NCBI GenBank assembly: GCA_022813965.1
Contig: JALDZS010000069.1
Span: 1-64,000, forward strand
Reading direction: 5' to 3'
From: Toensbergia leucococca
Taxonomy: Eukaryota
Length of the DNA stretch: 64,000 bases
In this document: in pieces, positions 46,812 through 60,091 of the stretch
Position numbering within the stretch: the first letter of the stretch is position 1
Layout of the letters: the number at the start of each line of letters is the position of its first letter
Made by a program: the position numbers and the translations under genes
Notes under the pieces: model-generated
Told to the model about the DNA's origin: nothing
Database searches by the model: none
The model's input: only the letters and a program-made list of their open reading frames with translations

Positions 46812-48628
46812 ATGATTCGTTCAATGATTAGAGAGAGCTTGAGAAAGAGGGCACCAGTATATCATGCACAGATACCGGGACTTCGAAGATTACCCTTACC
46901 AGCTGTTGCTATCATTGCAGCCATTGCTTGCCTTAATCTGGTCATCTGGGTGGCTGTCGGAATTGTTTTGGTATGGAATCGACCATACCGCATATCCTGC
47001 TACTAAACTTTGCGAAGCACTATCATGGGTACTGGAGAAAGTAGATGCTCGACTCAAAGGGATGCTTCCAATAACCACTGTTCAATTAGAGCCCTTGTTT
47101 CCACTGCCGTACTATCTTATACCCTCGGCCTTCGCCATGCTCTGGATGCAGATCACATTGCAGTACAACAACAGCGTATCCTATCAGCAACAATCGTTGT
47201 TATTGATCTTGAGCTTAGGCAATTGATCTCATGACTCGTCGATTGATAGCTTCGAATCAACGCCCTGTATCAGTTGGCACTTTCTTCTCTTTGGGCCATT
47301 CAACGTGTGTCTACCATCATTTCTCTATTACCCTCGTTGCTATAGATAGTCTGATTGTCTTTCCTCATCTCAGTATCGTCATAATCACATCCATCGTCGT
47401 TGCCGCCACTGCCTCTGCTATAAGCTCAAAATTCAGCACTTTCAGCAGAATAGGTGGTATCATCGGCACCTCCGTCTCTGCCAGCTTCCTAATTATACTC
47501 GGCATATTGAACTTCTATGTTCTATATAAGCTGATACAGCAGATGCAAAAAATCATTGCCACGAAGCCAGGGGAAGAACAGGCTGTAGAATTTCAGGGTA
47601 CCGGCTGTCTTTTCCGTATATTCAAAAAAATGTTCAGGCTCATTGACAGGTCGGTTCCAAGGCCATCGCGAAAGAAGTAATCGTGTATTTTGCTGATGGA
47701 GAAACATTAGGCCCTGGAAAATGTACCCTTTGGTACTTCATTACTTGATTCTGTTATCTCAAAAATAATTGTTTCTAACAGACTCAAAATACCAGGGCAT
47801 AATGTTCGGCCTTGGCTTTGATACCTCTTCAGAAATAGCATTAGTAAGTTCACTTGAAAACTGTGTCACTGGGGTTTATAGTGATCTTATACTAGTTGGG
47901 GATTGCCTCAATTCAAGGGGCCAAGGGTACTAGCATCTGGCTCATTCTAATATTCCCCGTATTATTTACAGGTATACCGCCTCTTCACAAGCCATAGTAT
48001 CTGCGGCAGAACCATTGATATATGCGTTCGATAGCGGGCATGTGTCTTCTTGATACTATCGACGGTGCTTTAATGATGACCCTTTACACATCGACCCTCG
48101 CTAAAGACACGCTCGGTATTTTGTATTACTCTGTCGTACTAACAACCATCACAGTCATAGTAGCTATTATCATTGGCTTGATCCAGCTCCTTTCTCTGGT
48201 CCTGAACGTTTCTCAACCCACCGGTAAATTCTGGGAGAGAGTCGGAGTCGCAGCGGACCATTACGACATCATAGGTAAGAATGCTGTGTGTGTCTTGAGG
48301 AAACGCGGAGATCTGAGACACGTTGATAGGCGGAGCAATATGCTGCTCCTTCGTTGTCTTTGGGGGGTTGAGCGTACTGCTATACAAACCTTGGAGACGA
48401 CGAATTGATCGTAGAAGGCAGATCCGGCATGCGCTACCATCGGAACCACAAGGAGAGGAAGGGATCATCATGGGAGACCTGCCTTCATCCATCAGGAATG
48501 GGCCCGCAGCCCGACAAGACGCCGACATTGTGGCTTATTCAGATGTCGTGTTGCCAAGTACTCAGGAGCCCTCGAGGAGCAGAAATCTTCCCGTTTATTG
48601 TGTTACTCCGGCCTCTTCTAAGGAGTAG
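46812..48628 (+). CDS. NIC1: NiCoT high-affinity nickel transporter, about 9 introns
   Basis: Signature LGLRHALDADHIA|AID; FFSLGHST; PWKMYPL|GIMFGLGFDTSSE; AGMCLLDTIDG. Confidence 0.93.
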
Positions 48629-49550
48629 CCGCTGAGCTCTGGGCATATGATGTACTAGGATTTGTTCTCTAGCAGTGCATCTCGAACATTGCTAAAATAA
48701 ATCAAGTCATGTACCTGGTGTTCCCGGGCATTTACTTCCTACTCTTCAAGCTTGCGTAGACTAACGCAATTTGTTTATCACACCTTTGAGATCTACCGTA
48801 CAGCAGATATCCGCTGGAAGTATTCCATTGCCTCAGTCAAAGTTCAATGAGTCGAACCAAAAGCGGCTACCGTCGATGACTGGTTTCCTTCTATCCCTGT
48901 CATTTGTCAAGCAAAAGAAGACGCCATCGTGCTCCCGAGTCCTTTGGGACTGCGAGAAATGCCATGGGAATTTGGATTAAGCTAGTGAACACTTACAAAT
49001 GGGTGGGCTTAGGTTGTTCAAGGCGAAATTGATTCCTGAGGCTTTTGAAAGCAGAAATTGCCCAATCGAGTTGTATAAAAAGAATGCGATTACGCTCGGA
49101 GCTTTGGTTGTGAGACATCGGCCCTGTCGCTATCGGTCGTCATCATGTCGTGAGGCCGATTTCCTAATGTCTCGGTGACCGACTAGGTGGTCTCACTCAC
49201 TGCCTGCACACCCAAGTAAATGAAGAAGTTCATCTCTTCTGATCCTGAAACGATGCCGACGCGTCTCCTGCTTGAACTATCTCCTCCCATAAAGCCTTTA
49301 TTTTACCGTTATATATTGCTGTGGGGACACGCATGCTCAACGCTTCCGGTTGGGACGGCCACAGGATGACAAGATTTGTTTTCACCAATGAATTTGGAGT
49401 ACGGGCGGATGCTGTGTGCCTTGCAGGAGCCACTGAGACAAGGAGGCGAATGTATTATGAAAGATTGGCATAGCCATTTTACTTACGTACTACTACAAGT
49501 AACCCAAGACCAAAGTTGAAGATGAGAAACCCTTCCGAGTACACTTGTTA

Positions 49551-50685
49551 TCAACGTTCAGCTAGCATGTTCCGCACCGCATTCCAATACTGCGGGGAAA
49601 CGGCCTTTTGAATCTCGTCCTTGGCTAGCCACTTGAAGTCTTCTAGACCGAGTTTATTGTCTGTCAGATTGGCCTGCCCAGCCATGATTCTAGCCTTCAT
49701 GAAAAAGAGCTTCTCCCCTAATTGCTCGATACCCTTCTCTTGGTCGACTAGTCCTTGGGGGTATTTAACGTTCTGATGACCGATAGGCACATTACCCACA
49801 ACCCAGGTGTTCATATTAATGCCCGCCGATTGTACTAGAATGCGTTCTGCAGCCTACCGCCTTGGAATCAGCTCTCTTCTCTCGTGCCATCCGATCAATT
49901 CCACGTACCATGTGTAAACTCTCCTTCCCCACGAGCTCTGAATTCGGAAAGCCCCATCTCCCCTCTCCATTCTTCACGAGCAAATACAAAGTCCTCTGCA
50001 ACGCCCTGTTCAAACTTTTTACATCCTCGGTCCTATCCGCTTCCGTCAATCTTGGCATCGGCTTTTCTATTATCTCCTTCTTCATCTCCCCCTCTTCCCC
50101 TTCAATCCCTAGGACCTCGGCATCCCTCAGCAAAGCCTCTACCTGTTCTATGGGCTCACTTTCTTTTGCCCCAACAAGCAATTCATCATTCCATCCCTCC
50201 TCAGAATACGCGTTGTAAATCCCAATGTCCCGCGCAGGAGTTTGCCGGTCCCTTATTTTCCGCTTCCATTCGACATCGGAGGGGGTTCCCTTTGGATAAT
50301 AGAAATAACGCGTGAACGGGAGCACAAGACGCTCATTCAGACGGCGCTGATACAGGAAATGTGCCTTTTCGAAAGGTGCAAGGTCCCGGGTTAGGAGAGG
50401 GGGTCGAGAAAGTACAACAGAGGCTTTGACTTGATGAAAAGTGCGGCGAGAGGTCGCAGTGATACTAGATTGTATTGGTTGAGACGAGGTTTCGGTTATC
50501 ATAGAATGCGTAGCGGTGGAGGCACGGCGTTGATTGCGAAGGGTTGCAAGACAGCTTCTGCAGATCCTTAGACTATTGATAGATAGTCCTAGTTGCCTAT
50601 GAGTAGAGATAGTGATGGCTCCAGAAGGAGCAGACAAACCTGATGGCGTGGCTATTCGCCTTGCTACATTGCCACCGCGACTCAT
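49551..50685 (-). CDS. MRPL17: Mitochondrial ribosomal protein mL46, spliced
   Basis: LSRPPLLTRDL..FEKA, PFTRYFY, PRLTEAD...SLNRALQRTLYLLVK, MNTWVVGNVPIGH, EKLFFMKARIMAGQ. Confidence 0.92.
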
Positions 50686-50907
50686 TTTCCATAAAATAAT
50701 GCAGATTGAGGCAGCTCGAGTCAAACAACCATGACATGATAAACGCCTAGTATCCGTAAGGAGTACGGAGTTCTAAGGTACGATTTGATAATACACCACG
50801 CTAAGCTCCTTCGGGACAATTCAGGCCATCTGAACTCGTATCTAGGTATGCATAACATTCGTGACACCGACCCTCGGACCATCATTTTTCAATGCTTATG
50901 AGATGCG

Positions 50908-52590
50908 ATGCGGAGGGTCGTGGTCACAGGGCTAGGGGCAGTGACACCATTAGGTCTAGGTAGTCATTTCAGTCCACACACACCATCTTTGAAGCTCACA
51001 GATGCAGGCGTTCAGAAATCATGGAAACGTCTACTAGATGGTCAATGTGGTATTGTGTCGCTCAGTAATAAAGGCCCGACTTTTGAGCAACAGCAATGCC
51101 AGGTCGCTGGCCTTGTACCTGAAGGAACGAAAGAAGATGGAGCCTGGACAGCTGGTCAATGGCTGACCCGTGATGTATGTCCGGCGTTGAAGTCCATTTG
51201 TAGACGAGAGAAGGAGATACTGATCTATATGACTTCAAGGATGAACGGAAAATGGCAATGTTTGCACAGTATGCAATGGCTGCTTCTCATGAGGCATTGG
51301 AGGATGCTGGATGGTACCCCCAGAACAACGACGAGCAAGAGATGACAGTGAGACCCACAAACTCTGTTGTAAGGCTTTGTATTGAGTCTAAGCTTAGGGC
51401 GTCTGTCTTGGCTCTGGAATTGGCAGTTTTGAAGACGTGTACAACACATCCATTGCCTACGACAAAGGTGTGAGTCTCATCTACCGAACCCCACAAACGC
51501 TTCTAATTTTCCACCCAGGGCCCAAAAAAAGTGTCCCCCCTGTTCGTACCTAAGCTTCTTATCAATCTAGCCGCAGGCCACATATCCATGAGATATGGGT
51601 TTAAGGTAACGAAGAATGCTGCTCCATTATTTCGACAAAACATCTGATGCACCCCCAAGGGCCCATCCCACGCCGTGTCCACGGCCTGTACAACAGGGGC
51701 CCACTCTATCGGCGATGCCTCCAGATTCATTGCATTTGGAGACGTAGACGTTATGCTCGCCGGTGGTGCGGAGTCTTGCATCCACCCTCTTGCAATCACA
51801 GGGTTTGAGCGGTCCAGAAGTTTAGCGACGACCTTCAACAACACTCCCCAGCAGGCTTCTAGGCCATTCGATAAAGCTCGGAATGGATTCGTCATTGGCG
51901 AGGGAGCCGGTGTCTTGGTCCTTGAGGTACGCTTTATCACTTGGCTTTTCAATTCCCTGTCTAAAGCCCTACTGAGCCTAATATGAACAGGCCCTCGACC
52001 ACGCCGAAAGGCGAAATGCGCACATCTATGCTGAAGTGGCTGGCTATGGTGCCTCATCTGACGCCTACCACATCACTGCTCCACCAGCCAATGGCGAGGG
52101 AGCTTTTCGGGCGATGAAACTAGCTTTGAAGAACGCTATCCTGGCTCCTTCGAGAGTGGATTATATCAACGCTCACGCAACATCAACGCATTTGGGGGAT
52201 TTGGCTGAGAACAGGGCTATCAAAGCCCTCATGCTCGGCACCGAAGGGAAAATGGGGGCTTGCGAGGTCAATGTTAGCAGTACGAAAGGGGCTATTGGGC
52301 ATTTGCTAGGAGCTGCAGGCGCAGTGGAGGCGATATTTTCCATATTGGCGATCCGTGATGTGAGTGGTTATGTTACAGCTGTATGTTTGGAGTTTGTGGG
52401 ACTAAAGTTTGAACACCGATACTAGGGCATCATCCCCCCGACTCTGAACCTGACTGAATTTGACGGGCCGGACTTTGATTGCAACTACACTCCATTGGTG
52501 GCGCAGCAGAGGAAGGTCGACGTGGTTTTGACGAACAGCTTCGGGTTTGGGGGCACCAACGCAACGCTATGTTTCAAAAGGTATTCATGA
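50908..52590 (+). CDS. CEM1: Mitochondrial 3-oxoacyl-ACP synthase, multi-exon
   Basis: [76 protein letters not shown]. Confidence 0.95.
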
Positions 52591-53017
52591 CATGTATAAA
52601 GACGTGTATTCAGCTTGAGTGCTGCAGTCTACATCCATCGAAATATTCAACATTGAAATTGATGCGCAAGGTTGAATGATCGATAGTTGCATTGGTATCA
52701 AAGCGAACATGTCATTACAGCGTTTCTATTGTACGCTACCTAGACATTTCAAACTTTAGAGCTTCGCCACATTTGCCCAGCGAGAAGAGCACGCAGCATA
52801 CCAGAATATCCCGAGCATCTCCATCAACTGCTCTTGCACCTTTGGAAAAAGGACACGCCTTGCACACTCGGGCCAACCCCAATTCTAATCTAATGGGATA
52901 GAACTGGAAACATCAAACGCCTTGGAATCAACCCAAGGAAGTCATTACTATGCAGCGCATTACAAGGGAGATCGCATTCTCACAGAGAAACTTCTCTCGA
53001 ATCTATCATAACCGCTA

Positions 53018-56000
53018 TCATGACTGAGGAGCTTCGCCTTCAAAATCATCGTGTGTGGGGTCCACAGATCCTTTCCTGGTGCCATACGCTTCGCTGCTGA
53101 TAACGCTTTTCTCAGTGGCTGTGCTCGAACTCTTCACCGACGCTGGTCTAGCATCTGCCACTAGAGCTGATGCTATTGATGCACTCTCATCTTCTATAGC
53201 ACATGGCGTTGATAGCTTTGAGTCATCTCCTTGGGCCGATTTACGTAACTTGAGACGCTCTTCAGGCGACATTTTTTGCCATTCTGATCCAAATGTGATT
53301 ACTGAAGCTTTCTTGCCATGCACGGTGAAGCTACCAGTTCCTCGAGCGAGTCCCTCGCTTTCAGCTAGAGAAGATGTATCCTCGGTCATTGCGGCACTGG
53401 ACCCAGAGTCTTTACCCTTTCTACTACGGTGATGCGTCGGGACATGGGCGTCTCGAAGAGTACGGTGTAGACTACGGCGAATCTTAGCTTTTCCATCGTG
53501 GAAGTCGGGTTCTAGGGATCTGGATTTGTCCCAGTCTCTATCTTTCTCTTGGTCACTCGCGGTCTCCGGGCGCTTCGCCTCTGTTGAGTTGCTACTATCC
53601 GGCCCGATGAGCCCAGCTTCCTTGAGTATCTCATGCTCATCGTCGTCGGCACTTTGGGTTGGTGTGACTAGTTTGGTGGCTATATCGATCAAGCTAGGCA
53701 GCTGCACACCTCCTTGAACACTTCCGATCGACGACTGATGCGTAAGGAACCTTTGGGCTGGATTGATTCCTCCAACAGTAGATGTAGACGCTCTTGAAGA
53801 TGGTGTCTGATGAAAATCCAGAGGAGGTAATTCCCACGATCCTTGTGCTCTGTGATGGCTAGCTTGTGGCGAGATGCCCAGCGAGGTTTGGGAGGTACCA
53901 TCTAGACCAGAAGGAGTTTGTCCGAATGCCTGAGTCTTAGGTCGTCCCCCTAGATCTGGCCGTGGACTTCTTTGAGGAGAGATGATATTTTCATCCGTGG
54001 AACGCAGTCTCCTCAACCCCTCTGATTTTCGCCGTTGGCTCGACGTAGTTGTTAACAAAGTATCCGGAATGAGCTCACTCTGAAGATGCTGCTCATTTCC
54101 CGACTTGATCTCTTCTTTCAGGTCTAATGCAAGAATGTCTCTGTGGCACCGCATACACCACATTCCTAGTCGCACCCACTTAATCTGCGCAGCCATGCGG
54201 CCGGCGGCAAGTACGATCTGTTCCCTACTTTTGTTTTGAACAGGGGCTAGAATTTGTAGATGCCTTGCATTTCTCAGTTGTCCATCTAACTGTTTTCCGG
54301 ACACGAGCAATTTCTCGTCTGCTTCCTTGATCTTCTGGACCATGATTTGCCGTCTTGCTGTCAAAATTTGGAGAGCAAGTTCAGCATCAAGCTTTCCGCG
54401 CTGAATCGTAACCTCGCCAGTTGGGGTTTGGAAGGACTGCACAGAAGTACTAGAGTCTATGCGCCTTGTCCCTCGAATCCGCTGACCATCGTAGCTTCCC
54501 CCAACTACACCTCTCATACGTACACCAGCGCTTCGGAATGCGGCAGCATAATTCAATTTTGAAAGCCAGTCATTCATATGACTCTCATTTTCGGCCAAAA
54601 AGGTTTCTTCAAAGCCGCCGTGACGGACGAAAACAAAGGCATTTTTGTGCTTCTTATATGAAGAATCAAATAAGGCGACGGCGTTTTCTGTGGACATTAG
54701 GACATCTGGTTTGAATTGTTCCAAGGGTGGCTTGAAAATTACAGGCGCGCCTGCAAGGCCTTGTTTGTGGTGGCCGTCGTACTGGTGCATCAGATTCCTA
54801 ATCCACGTTGTATTGCGGAAAAAATATAGTTGAGATCCTGTCAATAGAGCGCCCCATTCCTGCCAAGGAGATCTAGCTTTTTTCTTCTTCATGTCTTTGC
54901 GCCAAAGAATCCCAACTTTAGTAATCTTGATATCAACCACTCCAGGGTGAGCCTCTGCTGGGTTTGATATCGTCGCAGGTGACTTAAACGCTTCGGGTCG
55001 TGACCGGGAAGATAAAATCTGGAGCACTCCAGACCTAAAGAATGTCCTATGGAGATCTACCATATTGAGGGAACTCGCGGTACCCAGGTAATTGTAAGGC
55101 TCTTCTAGATTCATGACGTCTTTTAGTGTTGGTCGCAGGGAATCCAATTTATTATCCAAGATAAGGGTATAGGGATCAACCGGTTCTCTAGAATTTCTAT
55201 TCGACGTGTCGGCGCTAGCGCCTGGGAAGATGGCCGTTCGAGTCTTGTGCGCGACTATCTTCTCCCCACTAATATCAACATCATCGTCAACATGTATAAA
55301 AGGAGTGTAAGATATGTTGTCGTAGAAGCATTCAAGAATCTCATCAGCAACGCCCTGACCCTTCGTATTCTTAATGTAGTCCTGTTTCTGCATTTTATGT
55401 TTGTTGTTCTTATTGAAAACATCCGTGTGGAGGATGAGTATCGAGAAGGCAATGAAGTATGCCTCGTCTGCGGCCACCATCAATTAGTGCACAAGCAGTA
55501 CAAGAACGAGGTGAAATCACCTGGTGAAGCATAGATGCCCGGATTGCATTCATGGTATCTATCAGCAAACGACTGCAGAACCCGGTCAATTTGCTGAGTC
55601 TCTTTAGGTAGTTCAACCTCCATTAGCAGTTTTCTAATAGACATGTCTAGTGGATCTCCAAAGAACTTGAAGCCGCGCATGTAGCTCCGCAGAACGTTCT
55701 TTGAAAAGTCATCGCCGGATTTCGAAAGGATGATCGCAACAGCACCTCGACTAACAGCCTCCTCAAGACGGACAAGGTACTTGGCAGGAGTGTCTCCTAC
55801 TTGACGTTGGGGAACAACGACAGACTCGCGAACCAGGTTGAAAGAGTTTGATTTTGATCCTGGGGAGCCGGGCGTGCCAGGTAGAGCAGTATGACTCGAC
55901 CCATGGCGGAGGAAAGGAGGTTCTGAATTTTGTCGCAGGCGCGCGAGATTAAGAAGATTTCCCAAGCTAGCTCTTCCGGTGGTTGAAGTAGATGTTCTGC

Positions 56001-57295
56001 CAGATGACGGCAATGGGGGCGTTAAAAGAGGCCCGTCGGTTGTGACTTTGCTCAAAGATCCTATAGTTGAGGATCTACCTCGTTTGCCAAGTCTTCCAGG
56101 AGGGCCAAGTGCGGTTGATGATCTTGTAGATAGCCCTGATGCAGTAGAGTCTCTCCGTGATAGCGGAATCCCTGGTACAGCAAAGCTCATGGACGACGCA
56201 GCAAGCGCAACGTGTGAGGGAGATGGCAGAGGAGATGGCAGTCCATCGTCTCCATGCCCAGCATGGAAAGGACGATGAAGCGCAGTCAAAGGAGGTGGGG
56301 TGCGCGAAGGAGATTGGAGTCGTGGAGAGTCAGAAAGGCAACCGCTTGTCGAAGTACTGGGAGTGATAGCGGAGTCGAGTGATAGATATGGGGGTGGAGT
56401 TTTGACAGGCAAGGGAAACAGAGGCCCCTTATTTTTCTTACGTCTTGGTAGGCGAAAGAAGGTTGTTGTGGTCGATATGGTGTGTGTTGTAGTAGTTGTG
56501 GCATAAAGCCCATGATCACCAGAGCTGCCGTCAGATTTCGAGGATTCCGAGAGCCTGGAAATTGGTAAAGCCAAAGCTGAATTGGTTTCATCACCGTAGG
56601 CTGGTGGGGCATTTGGACCTCGAAGCCTCTCGGCCTGATCGAAAGTTACACGAGATGCACGTACACTTTGGCTGCCAGTGTTTGAATCTGCGTTTGCGCC
56701 ACCTTGGTTCGATGTCCGTTCGGATAATGACTTCCTGCTTAGGTTGGATGAAAGCGGTCTCGATGCCTCAGTATTCTTGTACCGACGACCTAATGCAAAT
56801 GCTGACTTTCTCTTCTGACTCGGGTTTGAAGTGGCCAGAGTGGGCGCTGTAGTAAGGATTGTAGGTGCTAGAGAGCAGTCAAGGTAGGATTAGTACTCGA
56901 ACTTCATGCTCCTTCTATGCTTATCAAACAGGGGGCTGCGAATGAAGCTCACCAGCTGGCATTGGCGGTACAGAAGAGGCGGCTTGTTGCTTTGCAGTCT
57001 GCAACAGCTGTGAATCTGAAGCATGTCTGAAGCGGAGCATGCTGAAACGGTGATGATTCGGCGTCGGCTCTTGTATGGGCAGAGGACTTGAGGGTCTTTC
57101 GATAGCTGAGCTAGGGCCTTCATAATCTAGCGATATGAAAGAAGCACGAAGTGGAGATGGCGGCAATTCTCGCAGTGGGACGTCATCGGTGTGTGGAAGG
57201 GGTTGGCTCTGTGGTTGGGAGGTAACTATGCTGCTGTGCCGACGGGGATCCTGGTCGCTCGGTCGTCTGATAGGGCGAAGGCGACTCCAAGGCAT
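53018..57295 (-). CDS. SYT1: Sec7 plus PH domain Arf GEF (Syt1/Sec73-like), spliced
   Basis: LPKETQQIDRVLQSFADRY, FSILILHTDVFNKNNKHKM, PH domain KVGILWRK...WLSKLNYAAAF. Pieces in ORFs 56924-57295, 55480-56574 and 53018-55483. Confidence 0.88.
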
Positions 57296-57805
57296 TTTGC
57301 AGGATTGAAAGAGGGAGTGTCATTGAAAACATATGGTTATATGTAGCAAAGATGGCTATCATTCCACAACAAGTGTTGGTCCCAGAATGTTGGGGAGGGC
57401 ACAGACATGGGAAAGGAGGTTGGAGAAGGTCATAAACGAGTGACAGTACTGCTCAAGCTTGAGACTTGGATGCAGATTTTGGAGAGACGGGGTAAAGTGG
57501 TAGAGGACGTCGAGCTGATTGACTTTGGTGGATGCAGGTGAAGTTCGAACCTTGGCCTTCCTTGACAACATGGACCTAGCACCTTTACGGATTAGCCTAG
57601 TGCTGCCAAGATCCCAGAATGGTCTATGGGCTATGGCCAGATGAGGAAATGTCCAGCGCTGCTTTTTATTATTTGCCTACCTATCTACCCCTCACTCAGG
57701 CACCGAATCGAGGGAATAAATAATAAGATTGACGTTGTTCTGATGATCACGCAACCATTTTCCTTCTATTGTACGAGTACCTACTTGAATCGTCTCCGGA
57801 CCAGC

Positions 57806-59591
57806 ATGCGATATCTCATCAGTTCGACCATATGGAGCTTGACTGTGCTTTCCTCCTGCCTTACTGCCTCTCCATCCAGCACTCGCTCTTCAGCGTCGCT
57901 TTCTCTTCAATTCCCCCAACACCCTTCATCAGAGCCAAATCACGCTGGCAGGCCTATCCTCTCCCGGATCAAAGACAATATCGTGCGCATACTGTGGGAT
58001 TCCCCATCGATACTGTCCAATTCCCCTGCCATCAAGCTCTCCACGCCGATTCCTAAGCCGCCCTCGAAGCTTCTTGGGAGGTATGGGGGCGATGTCGTTC
58101 TCCGTTTTAAGATCAAATCAGCCGAAGAGGCAGAAGCTCTTGTCGAGGCTACCAAAGTGCTGTTCTTGGATGTTTGGGAATTCACCCCGGAGTGGGTTGA
58201 TATCAGATTATCCAAAGACGTTGTATGGTCTAGTCTTGTCTCCGTCTTGATGCCTATTGCTCATCCCTTAGGTACCGTCTCTTTTAGGTCTCCTTCCGCC
58301 TTCTCTTCAATATTCCCACTCTCCGTTGATACATGATCTTGCACAGGCTGTGTTCGATTCCTACCCCTCACCTGCCTTTGTCGACGTTTTCCCCTCGGCT
58401 CGAGCAGACCATCGCACCTTTAGCACTTCTCTCCGCAGCTCGAGTGACCAAAAAAATATTTTCTTCCACGATTATCAACCTCTTTCAGTGATCGTCCCGT
58501 GGATGCGGCTCCTTCAGTCCCTTTTCCCCACTCATGTTCGCATGATTTCGGTCGGCGTTTCTTATGAAGGTAGGGACATCCCCGCCCTCCAAATAGGCGT
58601 TCATTCCACCAACGCAGAAAAGCCAAGTAGCCCACATAAGAGCATTATTATCGCAGGAGGTTCCCACGCTCGTGAATGGATCAGTACGAGTAGTGTGAAC
58701 TACGTGGCATACTCACTTATTACCGCCTACGGTAAATCCAAGTCTGTGACAACGTTGCTAGAGAATTTTGACTGGATCTTCATTCCTACTTTAAATCCCG
58801 ACGGCTACGTATACACTTGGGAAAACGATCGTCTGTGGCGCAAGAATAGACAACAAACCAACCTCCGTTTCTGCAGAGGGGTAGACTTGGATCGAGCGTA
58901 CAGCTTCGAATGGGACGAAGAGTCCTCAAGAAACAATCCGTGCTCCGAAAGCTTCTCCGGCGAAGGTCCTTTTGAAGGGGTCGAAGCCTGGCGTTTCGCC
59001 AGTTGGGTGCGCAACCAAACAAAAAATCATAATGTAGAATTTGTTGGCTTCCTAGATCTTCACTCTTACTCCCAACAAATCTTGTATCCCTATTCCTATA
59101 CATGTACCTCTGCACCTCCCTCTCTTGAAAATCTCGAAGAGCTAGCTATAGGTCTTGCCAAGGCGATCCGTCTCTCTGGTGGGGAAACCTATGGAGTAAC
59201 TTCTGCCTGTGAGGGAAGTGTGGCCCCAGCTCGCAAGGGCAAGAAAGACCAGGAGGTGTATCCTCGAATTGAAACGGGTGGAGGAAGCGCCTTGGACTGG
59301 TTTTATCACGAAGCACATGTCCGCTACGCCTATCAGATCAAGCTGCGGGATACAGGAAGCTATGGTTTCTTGCTGCCGAGCGAAAATATCGTCCCGACGG
59401 GTAAGGAGGTGCTGGGTGCTATAATGTACTTTGGCGCTTTTTTACTTGGCAACAAGGGAATCGAGGTGGATGACGAAATGCTGGATCCCCCAACGGCGGC
59501 GAATGAAAAGTTGAGGAAAAGCGGAAATGGAGACAAAACCACCGAAGAGCTCAAGAGTATCAGCTGGGAGTTGCGTAGACGGCGACGGTGA
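57806..59591 (+). CDS. ECM14: M14 metallocarboxypeptidase-like protein, probably inactive; signal peptide, one intron
   Basis: HAREWIS, NPDGY, WRKNR, DLHSYSQ. YQIKLRD has Lys at the position of the catalytic Glu, diagnostic of Ecm14. Confidence 0.93.
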
Positions 59592-60091
59592 TGAGATAGA
59601 CAGCGCTGCTTTGGAGGAATTCAACTAGGCGTCAAGGAGTAGCTTGGGGGGTCCCGGGGGGGGGGCGGTTGGTAACGGCGCATCAATATCTCTTACACGG
59701 TATCTTGAGTAATGATACGCATGGAGGCGTTGGAGAAGCCTCGAAATCTATTCAAAAGCCAATATAATCTATTGCTACATTGCAGTGTCATTCAGCCACC
59801 CGTATGTTCCCAGTCTCCTGAAAATGTTCCCCACGCTTGTTTCCCAATACGAACGGATGGGAGAAGCATATTTGACGATCCTATGTATTGTCGGAATAAT
59901 ATCACGAGGTATCCAGCACCTCCTCGGAAAGTAATAGAAAATTCGTCACAGGCCGATGCAGTTAAGTATCCTGCGAGGAGTCGCATGATATGCATCTAGC
60001 TCACACGTTGCTCCCGTCATGCCAATGAAACGCCAAAAGCTTGCTTTGGATAAATCGTAACCCATTTACAACGCCGAGAATGTAGATACTT

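Noticed and set aside
50908..52590. Ketosynthase as part of a secondary-metabolite cluster
   Set aside because: Stand-alone type II KAS among housekeeping genes; no other PKS domains or tailoring enzymes nearby.
59646..59666. G-rich tract as a G-quadruplex element
   Set aside because: Simple homopolymer runs with no further support.
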